DNA from: an uncultured Clostridia bacterium
GTDB lineage: Bacteria; Bacillota; Clostridia; TANB77; CAG-508
Reading direction: 5' to 3'
Assembly: GCA_949538735.1 (NCBI GenBank)
Contig: CATGLK010000009.1
Span: 657 to 64,656, forward strand
Length of the DNA stretch: 64,000 bases
Shown: piece after piece, positions 50,875-61,346 of the stretch
Layout: the number at the start of each line of letters is the position of its first letter
Position numbering within the stretch: the first letter of the stretch is position 1
Made by a program: the position numbers and the translations under genes
The notes under the pieces: model-generated
Seen by the model: the letters and a program-made list of their open reading frames with translations, nothing else
What the model was told of the DNA's origin: nothing
Databases searched by the model: none

Positions 50875-51540
50875 CTATTTTTTTGCAGTAATTATACCAT
50901 TTCCGGTAAAAAATTCTAATAACTTAAATTTAAATTGAATTTTTGGGTCTGAGTTTTCAGAAACTAAAGCAAATTCTTCTTCTGATAAGTTGTTTTCAAG
51001 CATTTCTTTTGACTCATCTGGAACTACACCTGAGCTGATATCAACAAAACACAAAGGTGGAAACATTACACACCACCAATTTCTTCCCTTAGCTTCTCCA
51101 ATTTCTACCCTTAAAGCATCATAAAACCCAGCAGGTAAAGAAATATCGCCATATTCTTTTGTAGGAAATTCAAAATTACCAATATTCATATTTACATCAT
51201 AAGAATAACCTTCAGCTCTAATAGTATCTAAAGCAATTTGCTTAAAATTATCTTGATATTCGTAAACTTTTGAAATTGCTTCTTGTTTAGTTGTACAATT
51301 TGCACAAATTTCGTTCATATATTTAAGTAAATTGTCACGAACTTTATATTTTAATGTTTGGTCTTCGTCACTATCACTGTTGGCTAAAACGTGTAATCTA
51401 AAAACGCTATTTGCAATATCAGTTGATACATTTTCCGCATAAGAAAAGGCACAAATACTTGTATATATAAATAGTAAGAAACTTAAAATTATAAACATTC
51501 TTACTTTGGAATTTTTAAATAAATTTAATATTTTTTTCAT
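50875..51540 (-). CDS. spoIIR: Stage II sporulation protein R
   Basis: 221 aa, signal peptide, conserved RLHVLANSDSDEDQ and C-terminal motifs. Confidence 0.75.
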   Translation of the reverse strand: MKKILNLFKNSKVRMFIILSFLLFIYTSICAFSYAENVSTDIANSVFRLHVLANSDSDEDQTLKYKVRDNLLKYMNEICANCTTKQEAISKVYEYQDNFKQIALDTIRAEGYSYDVNMNIGNFEFPTKEYGDISLPAGFYDALRVEIGEAKGRNWWCVMFPPLCFVDISSGVVPDESKEMLENNLSEEEFALVSENSDPKIQFKFKLLEFFTGNGIITAKK

Positions 51541-51664
51541 AAGTTACCTCCTAAAAACTTTTTTTCTAAAATATTCTTTAACTTAATTATTACCAATTTA
51601 GAGAATATTTATACAAAAATAGAAATGTTTGCGAAAAATGTCGATAAATTTTTTTGAAATATAA

Positions 51665-51693
51665 TTGACATATTTGAAATAAAATGGTAAAAT
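51665..51693 (+). promoter_or_regulatory. Promoter TTGACA-17-TAAAAT upstream of the 51766 gene, with a possibly structured leader of about 70 nt
   Basis: Hexamers read directly. Confidence 0.45.
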
Positions 51694-51765
51694 TTACCAG
51701 TAAGCCGAAGAGCGGAATTCTTCATTTCCGTATAGCTTATATATTAAAAAAGGGAGAAATTTCAA

Positions 51766-52245
51766 ATGAATAAAGAACAAGAAACTAAAGAAAAAATATG
51801 TGCATTCTATGCAAGCGATTATCATTTTGAAATGATAAGTTTACCATATATAAATAAGCAAATAGAGGAAAATAAACAAGTAATAGTTTTAACAGAAAAT
51901 AATTTAGAAGAAACAATAAATACAGTAATTTCAAAAATAAATTTAAAAGAAGAGAAAAAAGCAAAAATATTAGATATTAATTGGAAAAATGACGATTTAA
52001 GTAAAATAAAAAACGTAAAAAAAGCAGTGGAAGATAAAAAAGAAACAACAATATTTATAAAAGGAAAAGAAAATTATATAAAAAACATAAACGAAAATAT
52101 AGAAAAATGGACAAAAGAAAATGAAAAAGTAAAATTAATTGATTGTTATGATTTAGAGGAAATTTCTGATAATTTGGACGAAATTATGGACAATTATAAT
52201 GTTGTTTTAGGTACAACAGGAGAAAAACAAATACAAAAAATATAA
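51766..52245 (+). CDS. Hypothetical acidic protein (159 aa)
   Basis: ORF with an RBS. No family recognised. Confidence 0.4.
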   Translation: MNKEQETKEKICAFYASDYHFEMISLPYINKQIEENKQVIVLTENNLEETINTVISKINLKEEKKAKILDINWKNDDLSKIKNVKKAVEDKKETTIFIKGKENYIKNINENIEKWTKENEKVKLIDCYDLEEISDNLDEIMDNYNVVLGTTGEKQIQKI

Positions 52246-52334
52246 TTAAAAGGTTGATATTTTTGAATAAATAGTATATAAATAAGGTAAAACTAAAAAA
52301 GTAGCATTATAAAGAAGAAAAGGAGACTTTAAAA

Positions 52335-53582
52335 ATGGAATTAGAAGAAATAAAAGCTATTTTGAAAAAATATGGACAAGAACACCTTTTAAATCACTAT
52401 GAAAATTTAGATGATGCCCACAAAAAAGAATTATTAAAAGAAATAAAAAATATAGACTTTGAATTAATGCACAGTTTATACCAAAAAACAGAAAAAGCAG
52501 AAGAAAAAAATCAAAAAGATGAAATAACACCAATCGAATACCTAGACAAATATAAACTAAATGATCAATACAAATATTATGAAGCAATCGGAAAAAAAGA
52601 AATAAAAGCAGGAAAATTAGCGGTAGTGACAATGGCAGGAGGCCAAGGCACAAGATTAGGTCATGACGGGCCAAAAGGAACATATGATATCGGATTAGAC
52701 TCACACAAATCATTATTTGAATTATTATGTGACGGAATTAAAGCAGAAGCAAAGAAATATGATGTAACAATACCATGGTTCATAATGACAAGCAGACAAA
52801 ATAATGAAGAAACAGTAGAATTTTTCAAAAAGAACAAATTCTTTGGATATCAAAAAGACAGAAATATATTTTTCTTTAATCAAGGTGAACTTCCAATGAT
52901 GGACACAGAGGGAAAAATACTAATAGGAGAAGACGGACTAATAAAACTTGCGGCAGACGGTCATGGTGGAACATACGAGGCTTTAGTAAAAAATGGTATG
53001 ATTGACAAAATGAAAGAAATGGGTATAGAGTGGGTATTTATAGCAGGTGTAGATAATTGTTTAATAAAAATGGTAGACCCAGTACTTATGGGAATAGCAG
53101 AAGATAAAAAGGTAACAGTAGCTTGTAAATCAATAGTAAAAGCAAATCCAAAAGAAAAGGTTGGAGTATTTTGCAAGAAAAACGGAAAACCAAATGTAAT
53201 AGAATATACAGAAATAACAGATGAAATGGCAAATGCAACAGACGAAAATGGGGAATTATTATATGGAGAATCTCATATATTAAGTAATCTATTTAATATA
53301 ACAGCAATAGAAAGAATGGGAGCAAATCCATTACCATATCATTTAGCATATAAAAAAGCAACATATATGGACAAAGACGGAAATATAGTTGTGCCAGACT
53401 CACCAAATGCGTATAAATTTGAAGCATTTTTATTTGACGCATTCGGAGAAGTTGACGAAATGGCAGTTCTAAGAGTAAAAAGAGAAGAAGAATTTGCGCC
53501 TGTAAAAAATGCAGATTCTGCAGGAGTAGACTGCCCTAGAACAGCAAGAAAATTATATCAAGAATTTTATCACTTATACTAA
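52335..53582 (+). CDS. UDPGP-family nucleotide-sugar pyrophosphorylase (UTP-hexose-1-phosphate or UDP-GlcNAc uridylyltransferase type)
   Basis: AVVTMAGGQGTRLG nucleotide-binding loop typical of eukaryotic-type UDPGP (PF01704-like). Confidence 0.7.
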   Translation: MELEEIKAILKKYGQEHLLNHYENLDDAHKKELLKEIKNIDFELMHSLYQKTEKAEEKNQKDEITPIEYLDKYKLNDQYKYYEAIGKKEIKAGKLAVVTMAGGQGTRLGHDGPKGTYDIGLDSHKSLFELLCDGIKAEAKKYDVTIPWFIMTSRQNNEETVEFFKKNKFFGYQKDRNIFFFNQGELPMMDTEGKILIGEDGLIKLAADGHGGTYEALVKNGMIDKMKEMGIEWVFIAGVDNCLIKMVDPVLMGIAEDKKVTVACKSIVKANPKEKVGVFCKKNGKPNVIEYTEITDEMANATDENGELLYGESHILSNLFNITAIERMGANPLPYHLAYKKATYMDKDGNIVVPDSPNAYKFEAFLFDAFGEVDEMAVLRVKREEEFAPVKNADSAGVDCPRTARKLYQEFYHLY

Positions 53583-53680
53583 TATAATAAAAGTTTGTTA
53601 ATATATTTTAATATTATAAAATAAAAAATGGAGCAAAAAGAGAATGTCTCAAATGCCCCAAAGAGAAATGAGGTATATAT

Positions 53681-55405
53681 ATGGAATATTTAAAAGAGTA
53701 CAAAAAATGGTGTGAAAGTTCAGAATTTGACGAAGAAACAAGAAAAGAATTGTTAGAAATAAAAGACGATGAAAAAGAAATAGAAGACAGATTTTATAAA
53801 GAATTAGAATTTGGAACAGCAGGATTACGTGGAGTAATTGGAGCTGGAACAAACCGTATGAACAAATACACAGTAGGAAAAGCAACACAAGGATTAGCAA
53901 ACTATATATTAGAACAAGGAACACAAGACCAAGGAGTAGCAATTAGTTATGACTCTAGAAGAATGTCAAAAGAATTCAGTGAGCAAACAGCATTAATACT
54001 AAATGCAAATGGAATAAAGACATATGTATTTGAAAGCCTAAGACCAGTGCCAGAATTATCATTTGCAGTAAGAGAGTTAGGCTGTACAGCAGGAGTTATG
54101 ATAACAGCAAGTCATAATCCACCAAAATACAATGGATATAAAGCGTACTGGAATGACGGTGCACAAATAATAGCTCCAAGAGACAAAGAAATAATTGAAA
54201 AAGTAAAAACCATAACAAGCTATAATGAAATAAAAGAAATGACAAGAAAAGAAGCGGAAGAAAAAGGTTTATTTAATGTTATAAAAACAGATATGGACGA
54301 TAAATACTTAGAAATATTAAAAAGCAAAGTATTAAATCCAGAAATAGTAAGAAAACAAGGAAAAGACTTAAAAGTTGTATATACACCATTACACGGAACA
54401 GGAAACACAATAGCAGAAAGACTTCTAAAAGAAATAGGATTAGCAAATGTATATGTAGTGCCAGAACAAAAAGAACCAGACGGAAACTTTCCAACAGTTG
54501 ACTATCCAAATCCAGAAGACCCAAAAGCATTCAAACTAGCATTAGAACTAGCAAAAAAAGTAGATGCAGACGTAGTACTTGCAACAGACCCAGACGCAGA
54601 CCGTTTAGGAATATTTGCAAAAGACACAAAAACTGGGGAATATATGGAATACTCAGGAAATATGTCAGCATTACTAATTGCAGAATATAGAATATCACAA
54701 ATGAAAGAAAAAGGAATATTACCAAAAGACGGAATGCTTATAACAACAATAGTATCATCAGAATTAGCAAAAGCAATCAGCAAATACTATGAACTTGACT
54801 GCAAAGAAGTACTAACAGGATTCAAAAACATAGGAGCAGTTATGAGAAAAGCAGAAGAAACAAAAAGCAACACATATGTATTTGGATATGAAGAAAGTTA
54901 TGGTTGCCTAATAGGAGATTACGCAAGAGACAAAGACGGAATTGCAGCAGTAATGGCACTTTGCGAAGCAGCATGTTACTATAAAGAACAAGGAAAAACA
55001 CTATGGGACGCAATGCAAGACATATACAAAAAATATGGATACTATAAAGAAACACAAGTATCAATAGTATTAGAAGGTGCAGACGGAGCAAAGAAAATTC
55101 AAGAAATGATGACAAATATGAGAAACAATTTAGTAGAAGAAATAGGGGACTACAAAGTATTGACATTTAAAGATATAAAAGAAGACATTGTAAAAGATAT
55201 GCAAACAGGAGAAATTACAAAAACAGGATTACCAACATCAAATGTGTTATACTATGCACTAGAAGATGATGCTTGGTGCTGTGTAAGACCTTCTGGAACA
55301 GAACCAAAAATCAAATTGTATATGGGTGTTAAAGGAACATCAAATGAAGATGCAACAGAAAAATTAGAAAAATTAAAACAAGCAATGGTAGCCATTGTGA
55401 AATAG
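53681..55405 (+). CDS. pgcA: Phosphoglucomutase/phosphomannomutase (alpha-D-phosphohexomutase)
   Basis: Active-site TASHNPP, Mg-binding DPDADR, 574 aa. Confidence 0.9.
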   Translation: MEYLKEYKKWCESSEFDEETRKELLEIKDDEKEIEDRFYKELEFGTAGLRGVIGAGTNRMNKYTVGKATQGLANYILEQGTQDQGVAISYDSRRMSKEFSEQTALILNANGIKTYVFESLRPVPELSFAVRELGCTAGVMITASHNPPKYNGYKAYWNDGAQIIAPRDKEIIEKVKTITSYNEIKEMTRKEAEEKGLFNVIKTDMDDKYLEILKSKVLNPEIVRKQGKDLKVVYTPLHGTGNTIAERLLKEIGLANVYVVPEQKEPDGNFPTVDYPNPEDPKAFKLALELAKKVDADVVLATDPDADRLGIFAKDTKTGEYMEYSGNMSALLIAEYRISQMKEKGILPKDGMLITTIVSSELAKAISKYYELDCKEVLTGFKNIGAVMRKAEETKSNTYVFGYEESYGCLIGDYARDKDGIAAVMALCEAACYYKEQGKTLWDAMQDIYKKYGYYKETQVSIVLEGADGAKKIQEMMTNMRNNLVEEIGDYKVLTFKDIKEDIVKDMQTGEITKTGLPTSNVLYYALEDDAWCCVRPSGTEPKIKLYMGVKGTSNEDATEKLEKLKQAMVAIVK

Positions 55406-55410
55406 AAAAA

Positions 55411-55447
55411 TTGCCAAAAGGGACGGACCTTTTTGGCAATTTTTTTA
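55411..55447. terminator. Intrinsic terminator built from a family C element (GCCAAAAGGGACGGACCTTTTTGGC followed by a T-run)
   Basis: Stem-loop plus TTTTTTT immediately after the pgcA stop. Also abuts the ttcA stop on the opposite strand. Confidence 0.7.
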
Positions 55448-56152
55448 TTTCTCCCAGCCAGGAATATTGCGTTGGATAGCTCCAAATAAATTAGCACGTA
55501 TCATAGGGATATCTTTTTGCCACAAAAATATTTGTTGTTTCATGCTTTCTCTCTTAGAAGTACCATCCATAGGACAAGCCTTAGGCATGACAGGAAGGTT
55601 GTGTCTTTTAATAAATCCCCTGGTATCTTTTTCAGTTGTATATATAAATGGACGAATTAAAGTAATTTTACTTCTATCCATATAACTAACAGGTGCAAAA
55701 GTATTTATGCTTCCAGTGTATAATAAATTCAACAAAAAAGTTTCTAATACATCATCTTGATTATGACCTAATGCAATTTTGTTGCAACCTTCTCTAATTG
55801 CCACAGAATTGATAATTCCCCTACGTAAGTTTGCACATAAAGAACATGGATTTTTTTCTTTTCTTATGTCAAAAACGATTTCTTGTGTATGACTTTGTTC
55901 TATAAACAATGGAATGCCTAAGTCATCACAGATTTCTTGTAAAAGTTTTGTATCAAAAAATTCAAATCCAGGGTCTATGCTTATTGCTATAATTTCGAAT
56001 TTTTTAGGGTAAAATCTTTGTAATGCTTTAAATCCATGTAACATAGTGATAGAGTCTTTTCCTCCTGATAGGCATACTGCAATTTTGTCTCCTTCTTCTA
56101 TCATTTTGTATTCTTCTATTGCTTTTCTCATATGACTTAGTATTTTTTGCAT
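55445..56152 (-). CDS. ttcA: tRNA 2-thiocytidine(32) synthetase TtcA
   Basis: PP-loop CLSGGKDS and Cys pairs (CSLCANLRRG). Confidence 0.8.
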   Translation of the reverse strand: MQKILSHMRKAIEEYKMIEEGDKIAVCLSGGKDSITMLHGFKALQRFYPKKFEIIAISIDPGFEFFDTKLLQEICDDLGIPLFIEQSHTQEIVFDIRKEKNPCSLCANLRRGIINSVAIREGCNKIALGHNQDDVLETFLLNLLYTGSINTFAPVSYMDRSKITLIRPFIYTTEKDTRGFIKRHNLPVMPKACPMDGTSKRESMKQQIFLWQKDIPMIRANLFGAIQRNIPGWEK

Positions 56153-56275
56153 TTTTATTTGTTCCTTTCTTTGTTTGAGTTTAAATTTCTATATCTTATT
56201 ATAACAGATGTGTCAAGTGTAGAGCACAAAAAAAGACTAATAACAATGAATTTGTTACTAGTCATAAGTTAGCTA

Positions 56276-56845
56276 TTATACAGCATGTTTTAAAATCGAT
56301 TTTTTTTGTAAAGGTACAACTCCTAGATAAACTATTAATAGCCCAATTTCTAAAACTATAAGATATGTAGTAAGTTCAGCTTTTGCTTCGTTAAGAGCTT
56401 TTTCTTTTTCTGCTTCGTATTGTGCTTTTTGGTTTTTACTATATAGAGAGTTTGCAAAGTGGTCATGTATTTGTAATTCTGCACTTGAACTAATAGCTTC
56501 GTCGAACTTTTTATTTGCATCATAAAAATTAAAAAATCCACTAACAATACAAACAATTACTGTGAAAATTAAAAGATTTCTAATTACTGTTGATACATCA
56601 TTTCTGTCAATTGCTCTTTTTTTAAATGTGGTAGAAATACTACATCTCCATATACAAAATACAGCTAATCCTTGAAGGATAATTGCTATAAATGCTATTA
56701 GAAGTTTTGATGCTGATGGTAGTGCAAGTACTATAAATGAATATACTATATTATAAAGTATACCAAATAATATTCCATAAAGAAAAAATCCTCCAATTAA
56801 TTCTCCAGTTATTTTTCTAACTGTTGCTATTTCTTTGTTTTCCAT
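56276..56845 (-). CDS. Membrane protein (about 4 TM), unknown function
   Basis: Hydrophobicity profile only. Confidence 0.4.
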   Translation of the reverse strand: MENKEIATVRKITGELIGGFFLYGILFGILYNIVYSFIVLALPSASKLLIAFIAIILQGLAVFCIWRCSISTTFKKRAIDRNDVSTVIRNLLIFTVIVCIVSGFFNFYDANKKFDEAISSSAELQIHDHFANSLYSKNQKAQYEAEKEKALNEAKAELTTYLIVLEIGLLIVYLGVVPLQKKSILKHAV

Positions 56846-56972
56846 ATTATTTTCCCCTCCTTTTTGATAAGAGTATCATACTAAACTATAAATCTTATGT
56901 CAATAGTTGATATGTTACAGAGTTGACAAAACTCCAAAAATAGAGTAATATATTTTTGGAGAAAGGCAATAC

Positions 56973-57048
<76 letters not shown>

Positions 57049-57116
57049 TAAGGAAGGTGAAAAAAGGCTAGAGCCGCTAACTCTAGTCTTTTGCTTTTTC
57101 AAGAAAGGGATAAAAC

Positions 57117-57575
57117 GTGGAAGAAAAATACATGAAAGAAGCTCTAAAAGAAGCAAAAAAAGCATATGACAAATTAGAAGTACCAGTAGGAGCAGTTATA
57201 GTAAAAGAAGGAAAAATAATAGCAAGAGCACACAACCTAAAAGAAACCAAATATGACACAACAAAACACGCAGAAATACTAGCAATACAAAAAGCAAGTA
57301 AAAAACTAAACAACTGGCGATTAATAGACTGCGATATGTATGTAACACTAGAACCATGTTCAATGTGTGCAGGAGCGATAATAAATTCAAGAATAAGAAA
57401 AGTATATATAGGAGCATTGGACGAAAAAACAGGAGCAGCAGGTTCTGTTTTAAACCTATTTGAAGATTATACTTTCAATCACAAAGTAGAAATAGAAAAA
57501 GGAATTATGCAAGAAGAATGTGAAACAATGCTTAAAAATTTTTTTAAAATGTTAAGAAAAATAAAGAAAAAATAA
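57117..57575 (+). CDS. tadA: tRNA-specific adenosine(34) deaminase
   Basis: HAEILAIQKA and PCSMCAGAI zinc-binding motifs. Confidence 0.9.
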   Translation: MEEKYMKEALKEAKKAYDKLEVPVGAVIVKEGKIIARAHNLKETKYDTTKHAEILAIQKASKKLNNWRLIDCDMYVTLEPCSMCAGAIINSRIRKVYIGALDEKTGAAGSVLNLFEDYTFNHKVEIEKGIMQEECETMLKNFFKMLRKIKKK

Positions 57576-57591
57576 TTCAAGGAGAAAATAA

Positions 57592-58350
57592 ATGAAAGAA
57601 AAAATAAAACATATTGTAGGAAAAAAATCATTTCATACTTGTGTAATAATTATAATAGTAGCAACCATGCTATTTTTCTTGGGAATAACAGTACTAAAAT
57701 ACAGCGTAGAAGGCGAAACAAATATGCCATTCAACCTAAGCAAAATAATACTAATAAATTCAGCAGAAGGAACAGAAAAAGAAGCAGGAGAGAACAAATG
57801 GGCATTCAACATAAACCAAAATGCTGACATATACTTATATATAGAAAAAAATAAAAACTATAAAGAACAAGAAGCAATAAAAAGTATTTTAATTGATAAC
57901 ATCAAGATTGAAAAACAAGAAGAAAGCGGAACAATAAGTTTTTACAGACCAAATACAAACGAAAAAGGAACAACATTCAGCAACAGTGAAGAAAATTTAG
58001 TGGAAAACATAGAATATGAAGGAGCAATGGAGACAGATTTCAAAAATCTAAAAATAGGAAATCAAGGTGGAGTAATAATTTTCAGATGTGCTAATAATAA
58101 TATAGCCGAATATGCTTCAAATGAAGAAGTTATTGACCATAGCCAGTTATTAAAAAATGCTCAAAAAACAGAAGAAAGCATGAAAGCAAAAATCACTTTT
58201 GATTTAAATATAAAAATACAATCAGGGAAAGAATATAAAGCATCAGTTGCAGTGGATATGCCAGTTGAAGGGATTATAGAAAATGGCAAATCAGCCATAG
58301 AAATTACAGATTTAAAAGACGTAATTTTTAAGAGAATTAAAAATATCTAA
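57592..58350 (+). CDS. Membrane-anchored hypothetical protein (252 aa)
   Basis: N-terminal TM then a hydrophilic domain. Sits between tadA and the SRP RNA. Confidence 0.45.
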   Translation: MKEKIKHIVGKKSFHTCVIIIIVATMLFFLGITVLKYSVEGETNMPFNLSKIILINSAEGTEKEAGENKWAFNINQNADIYLYIEKNKNYKEQEAIKSILIDNIKIEKQEESGTISFYRPNTNEKGTTFSNSEENLVENIEYEGAMETDFKNLKIGNQGGVIIFRCANNNIAEYASNEEVIDHSQLLKNAQKTEESMKAKITFDLNIKIQSGKEYKASVAVDMPVEGIIENGKSAIEITDLKDVIFKRIKNI

Positions 58351-58401
58351 AAATTATATTTTTTACTTGATTAAATATAAAATTCATTATATAATACAAA
58401 T

Positions 58402-58534
58402 GGTAAGTGCTTAATCTTTGTATGGAGAGTATACCAATAAAGACCTATGAATCTTGTCAGGTCCGGAAGGAAGCAGCAATAAGTAGTCTATCTTTATGTG
58501 GGATGCTTTCCATAGAGAGATTAAAGCATCTACC
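58402..58534 (+). ncRNA. ffs: Signal recognition particle RNA (ffs/scRNA), small form
   Basis: Conserved domain IV motif GTCAGGTCCGGAAGGAAGCAGC at 58456-58477. The terminal helix GGTAAGTGCTTAATCT pairs with AGATTAAAGCATCTACC. Canonical position upstream of dnaX. Confidence 0.7.
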
Positions 58535-58562
58535 ATTTTTTATAGTATAGGGATGTGATAAA

Positions 58563-60179
58563 ATGGGGTACACAGCACTTTACAGAAAATTTAGACCACT
58601 AACATTTGAAGAAATAGTTGGGCAAGAACACATAACAAAAACACTAAGAAATCAAATAATAGCAGGAAGAGTAGGGCACGCATATTTACTAAACGGTGGA
58701 AGGGGAACCGGAAAGACATCAGCAGCAAAAGTGTTAGCAAGAGCAATAAACTGTTTAAATCCAAAAGATGGAGAACCATGTAATGAATGCGAAATCTGTA
58801 AAGGAGCAATAAATGGTTCACTTACAGATATAGTTGAAATGGACGCAGCTTCAAACAATAGTGTAGAAGATATTAGAGCTATTCGCGAAGAAGTAAACTT
58901 TTTGCCAACAAAAGCAAAATACAGAGTATATATCATAGACGAAGTTCATATGCTATCAACAGGAGCATTTAACGCGTTACTAAAAACACTAGAAGAGCCA
59001 CCAGAACACGTTAAATTTATTTTAGCAACAACAGAACCACAGAAATTACCTGCAACAATTTTATCAAGATGTCAAAGGTTTGATTTTAAAAGATTATCAA
59101 ATGCAAGTATAATAAAAAGGCTAGAAATTGTCTGCCAAAGAAGCGATATAGAAATCACAAAAGAAGCGATGAATATAATAGCAACACTAGCAGACGGAGC
59201 AATGAGAGACGCATTATCAATTTTAGAAAGATGTGTACAAGACGGAGAAAATAAAATTGACGAAGATAAAATAAAAGACTTAGTAGGAATTCCAAAAATA
59301 ACATATATACACAATATAACAGAAGCAATTATAGACTACGATATAGACAAAGTATTGGAAAACTTAGATATAGTGCTAAACGAAGGAAAAGACATAGTAA
59401 ATTTATTATGGGAAATGATAAAATACACAAAAGACATTTTAGTGTATAAAACATCAAAAAAACTTGATTTATATAGCCAAGACGAACTAAAACAAATAGA
59501 AGAAATTGCACAAAAAGCGTCAAAAGAAAAACTAATAGATATAATATACAAATTATCAAATTTAGAAAATGACATCAAGTTTTCAACACAAAAAACAATT
59601 ATATTCCAGGCAGGAATAATAAAAATGTGTAATAAACAAGCAGAAACAGAAGATAATTTATCAGAAAGAATAGATAAAATAGAAAAATATTTGAAGAGTG
59701 GAAATCTTGCAGTAGGTGCAGGTGTGGCAGTACAAACAAGTGCGGTGCCACAAGCCCCAAGAGTTACACAACAACCACCACGAAACAATACAGGCAATAA
59801 TGTTGTTGCAAGAGCAGCAAAGGCGCAAACACCTAAGAATTTTTCAAATAAATCAGAAGAGTACTGGCCACAAATTATAACAGATTTAAAGCAAAGTGGA
59901 AAAATAGTATTATATACTAATCTGCTTGGTACAAAAGCAAAGGAAATTAATGATATGACAGTTGGAATTGAATTTCCAAATGGAATGACTTCTTTTGGAA
60001 AGACAGTGCTAGAAAAACAAGAAAACATAAGGGAAATATCAAATTTAGTTTCAATTGCATGCGGAAAAGAAATGCAAATAAAATATATAGAAAAAAATAA
60101 TCTGGTACATCAAATTTCACAAGAAGAAACATTGCAAAACTTAGCAAATCAATCTGATATACCATTTAATATTATATAA
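58563..60179 (+). CDS. dnaX: DNA polymerase III subunits gamma/tau
   Basis: AAA+ Walker A GGRGTGKTS, zinc module CNECEIC, sensor motifs. Confidence 0.9.
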   Translation: MGYTALYRKFRPLTFEEIVGQEHITKTLRNQIIAGRVGHAYLLNGGRGTGKTSAAKVLARAINCLNPKDGEPCNECEICKGAINGSLTDIVEMDAASNNSVEDIRAIREEVNFLPTKAKYRVYIIDEVHMLSTGAFNALLKTLEEPPEHVKFILATTEPQKLPATILSRCQRFDFKRLSNASIIKRLEIVCQRSDIEITKEAMNIIATLADGAMRDALSILERCVQDGENKIDEDKIKDLVGIPKITYIHNITEAIIDYDIDKVLENLDIVLNEGKDIVNLLWEMIKYTKDILVYKTSKKLDLYSQDELKQIEEIAQKASKEKLIDIIYKLSNLENDIKFSTQKTIIFQAGIIKMCNKQAETEDNLSERIDKIEKYLKSGNLAVGAGVAVQTSAVPQAPRVTQQPPRNNTGNNVVARAAKAQTPKNFSNKSEEYWPQIITDLKQSGKIVLYTNLLGTKAKEINDMTVGIEFPNGMTSFGKTVLEKQENIREISNLVSIACGKEMQIKYIEKNNLVHQISQEETLQNLANQSDIPFNII

Positions 60180-60251
60180 TTAGTAAATTGCCTAAATGTG
60201 CGATTTGAATTATGCAAAAATACAATTTAATTTATAAAGGAGGAAAATAAA

Positions 60252-60596
60252 ATGGCAAAAAGAGGTGGATTCCCAGGAGGTATGGGAGGATTTGGCGGAA
60301 TGAATATAAACAGCTTAATGAAAGAAGCAAAAAAAATGCAAGCAGAAATGGAAAAATCACAAACAGAATTAGCAAGCAAAGAATTTGAAGCATCAGCAGG
60401 TGGCGGAGCAATAAGTGTAAAAGTTTCTGGAGAAAAAATGATAAAGGAAATAAAAATAAAACCAGAAGTAGTAGACCCAGAAGATGTAGAAATGTTAGAA
60501 GATTTAATGCTAACATGTGTAAATGAAGCATTAAGAAAAGTAGACTCTGCACAAGCAGATTCACTTGGAAAATTCAACATACCAGGACTTATGTAA
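60252..60596 (+). CDS. ybaB: Nucleoid-associated protein YbaB/EbfC
   Basis: 114 aa, synteny between dnaX and recR, conserved GLM C-terminus. Confidence 0.85.
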   Translation: MAKRGGFPGGMGGFGGMNINSLMKEAKKMQAEMEKSQTELASKEFEASAGGGAISVKVSGEKMIKEIKIKPEVVDPEDVEMLEDLMLTCVNEALRKVDSAQADSLGKFNIPGLM

Positions 60597-60628
60597 TAAA
60601 TAGCTAGTTAGTTGCGGAGGAAGTAGAA

Positions 60629-61234
60629 ATGTCATTATATTCACCATCAATAGAAAAATTAATAGAAAGCTTTGAAAGACTACCAAGCATAGGACACAAA
60701 ACAGCAGCAAGACTAGCATTTCATATGCTAAATGCATCAGAAGAAGAAACAAACGAATTTATTTCTTCAATAGTAAATGCAAAAAAGAACCTAAAATATT
60801 GTAGCAAATGCTATAATATCTCAGACACAGACCCATGTATTATCTGCGGAAACCCTAAAAGAGACCAAAGCATAATATGTGTAGTAGAAGATGTAAGAGA
60901 TGTTATCGCAATGGAAAAAACACACGAATTTAAAGGTGTATATCACGTATTGCATGGTTCAATATCTCCGATGAATGGAGTAGGACCAGACGATATAAAA
61001 ATAAAAGAATTGCTTTCAAGACTAATGGACCAAGAAAATCCAGTAAAAGAAGTAATACTTGCAACAAACCCTAGGGTTGAAGGCGAAGCAACAGCTATGT
61101 ATTTGTCTAAATTGATAAAACCATTGGGAGTATCTGTAACTAGAATAGCTCATGGAATTCCTGTTGGTGGGGATTTAGAGTATACAGATGAAATTACTTT
61201 GACTAAAGCATTAGAAGGAAGAAGAGAAATTTAA
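60629..61234 (+). CDS. recR: Recombination protein RecR
   Basis: HhH, C4 zinc finger (CSKC...CIIC), Toprim. Confidence 0.9.
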   Translation: MSLYSPSIEKLIESFERLPSIGHKTAARLAFHMLNASEEETNEFISSIVNAKKNLKYCSKCYNISDTDPCIICGNPKRDQSIICVVEDVRDVIAMEKTHEFKGVYHVLHGSISPMNGVGPDDIKIKELLSRLMDQENPVKEVILATNPRVEGEATAMYLSKLIKPLGVSVTRIAHGIPVGGDLEYTDEITLTKALEGRREI

Positions 61235-61241
61235 AAAACAT

Positions 61242-61338
61242 GCCAAAGAGGACGGACCTTTTTGGCGAATTTTTTTATTTGTGGATTTTTTGGGACAGGT
61301 CAAAAAAATTTCGCTCGCAGACTTTTTTGACCTGTCCC
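61242..61338. terminator. Family C hairpin plus T-run terminator (61242-61276) followed by a family A palindrome with a perfect 16-bp stem (61292-61338)
   Basis: GCCAAAGAGGACGGACCTTTTTGGC + GAATTTTTTT, then GGGACAGGTCAAAAAAATTTCGCTCGCAGACTTTTTTGACCTGTCCC. Confidence 0.7.
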
Positions 61339-61346
61339 AAAAAGTT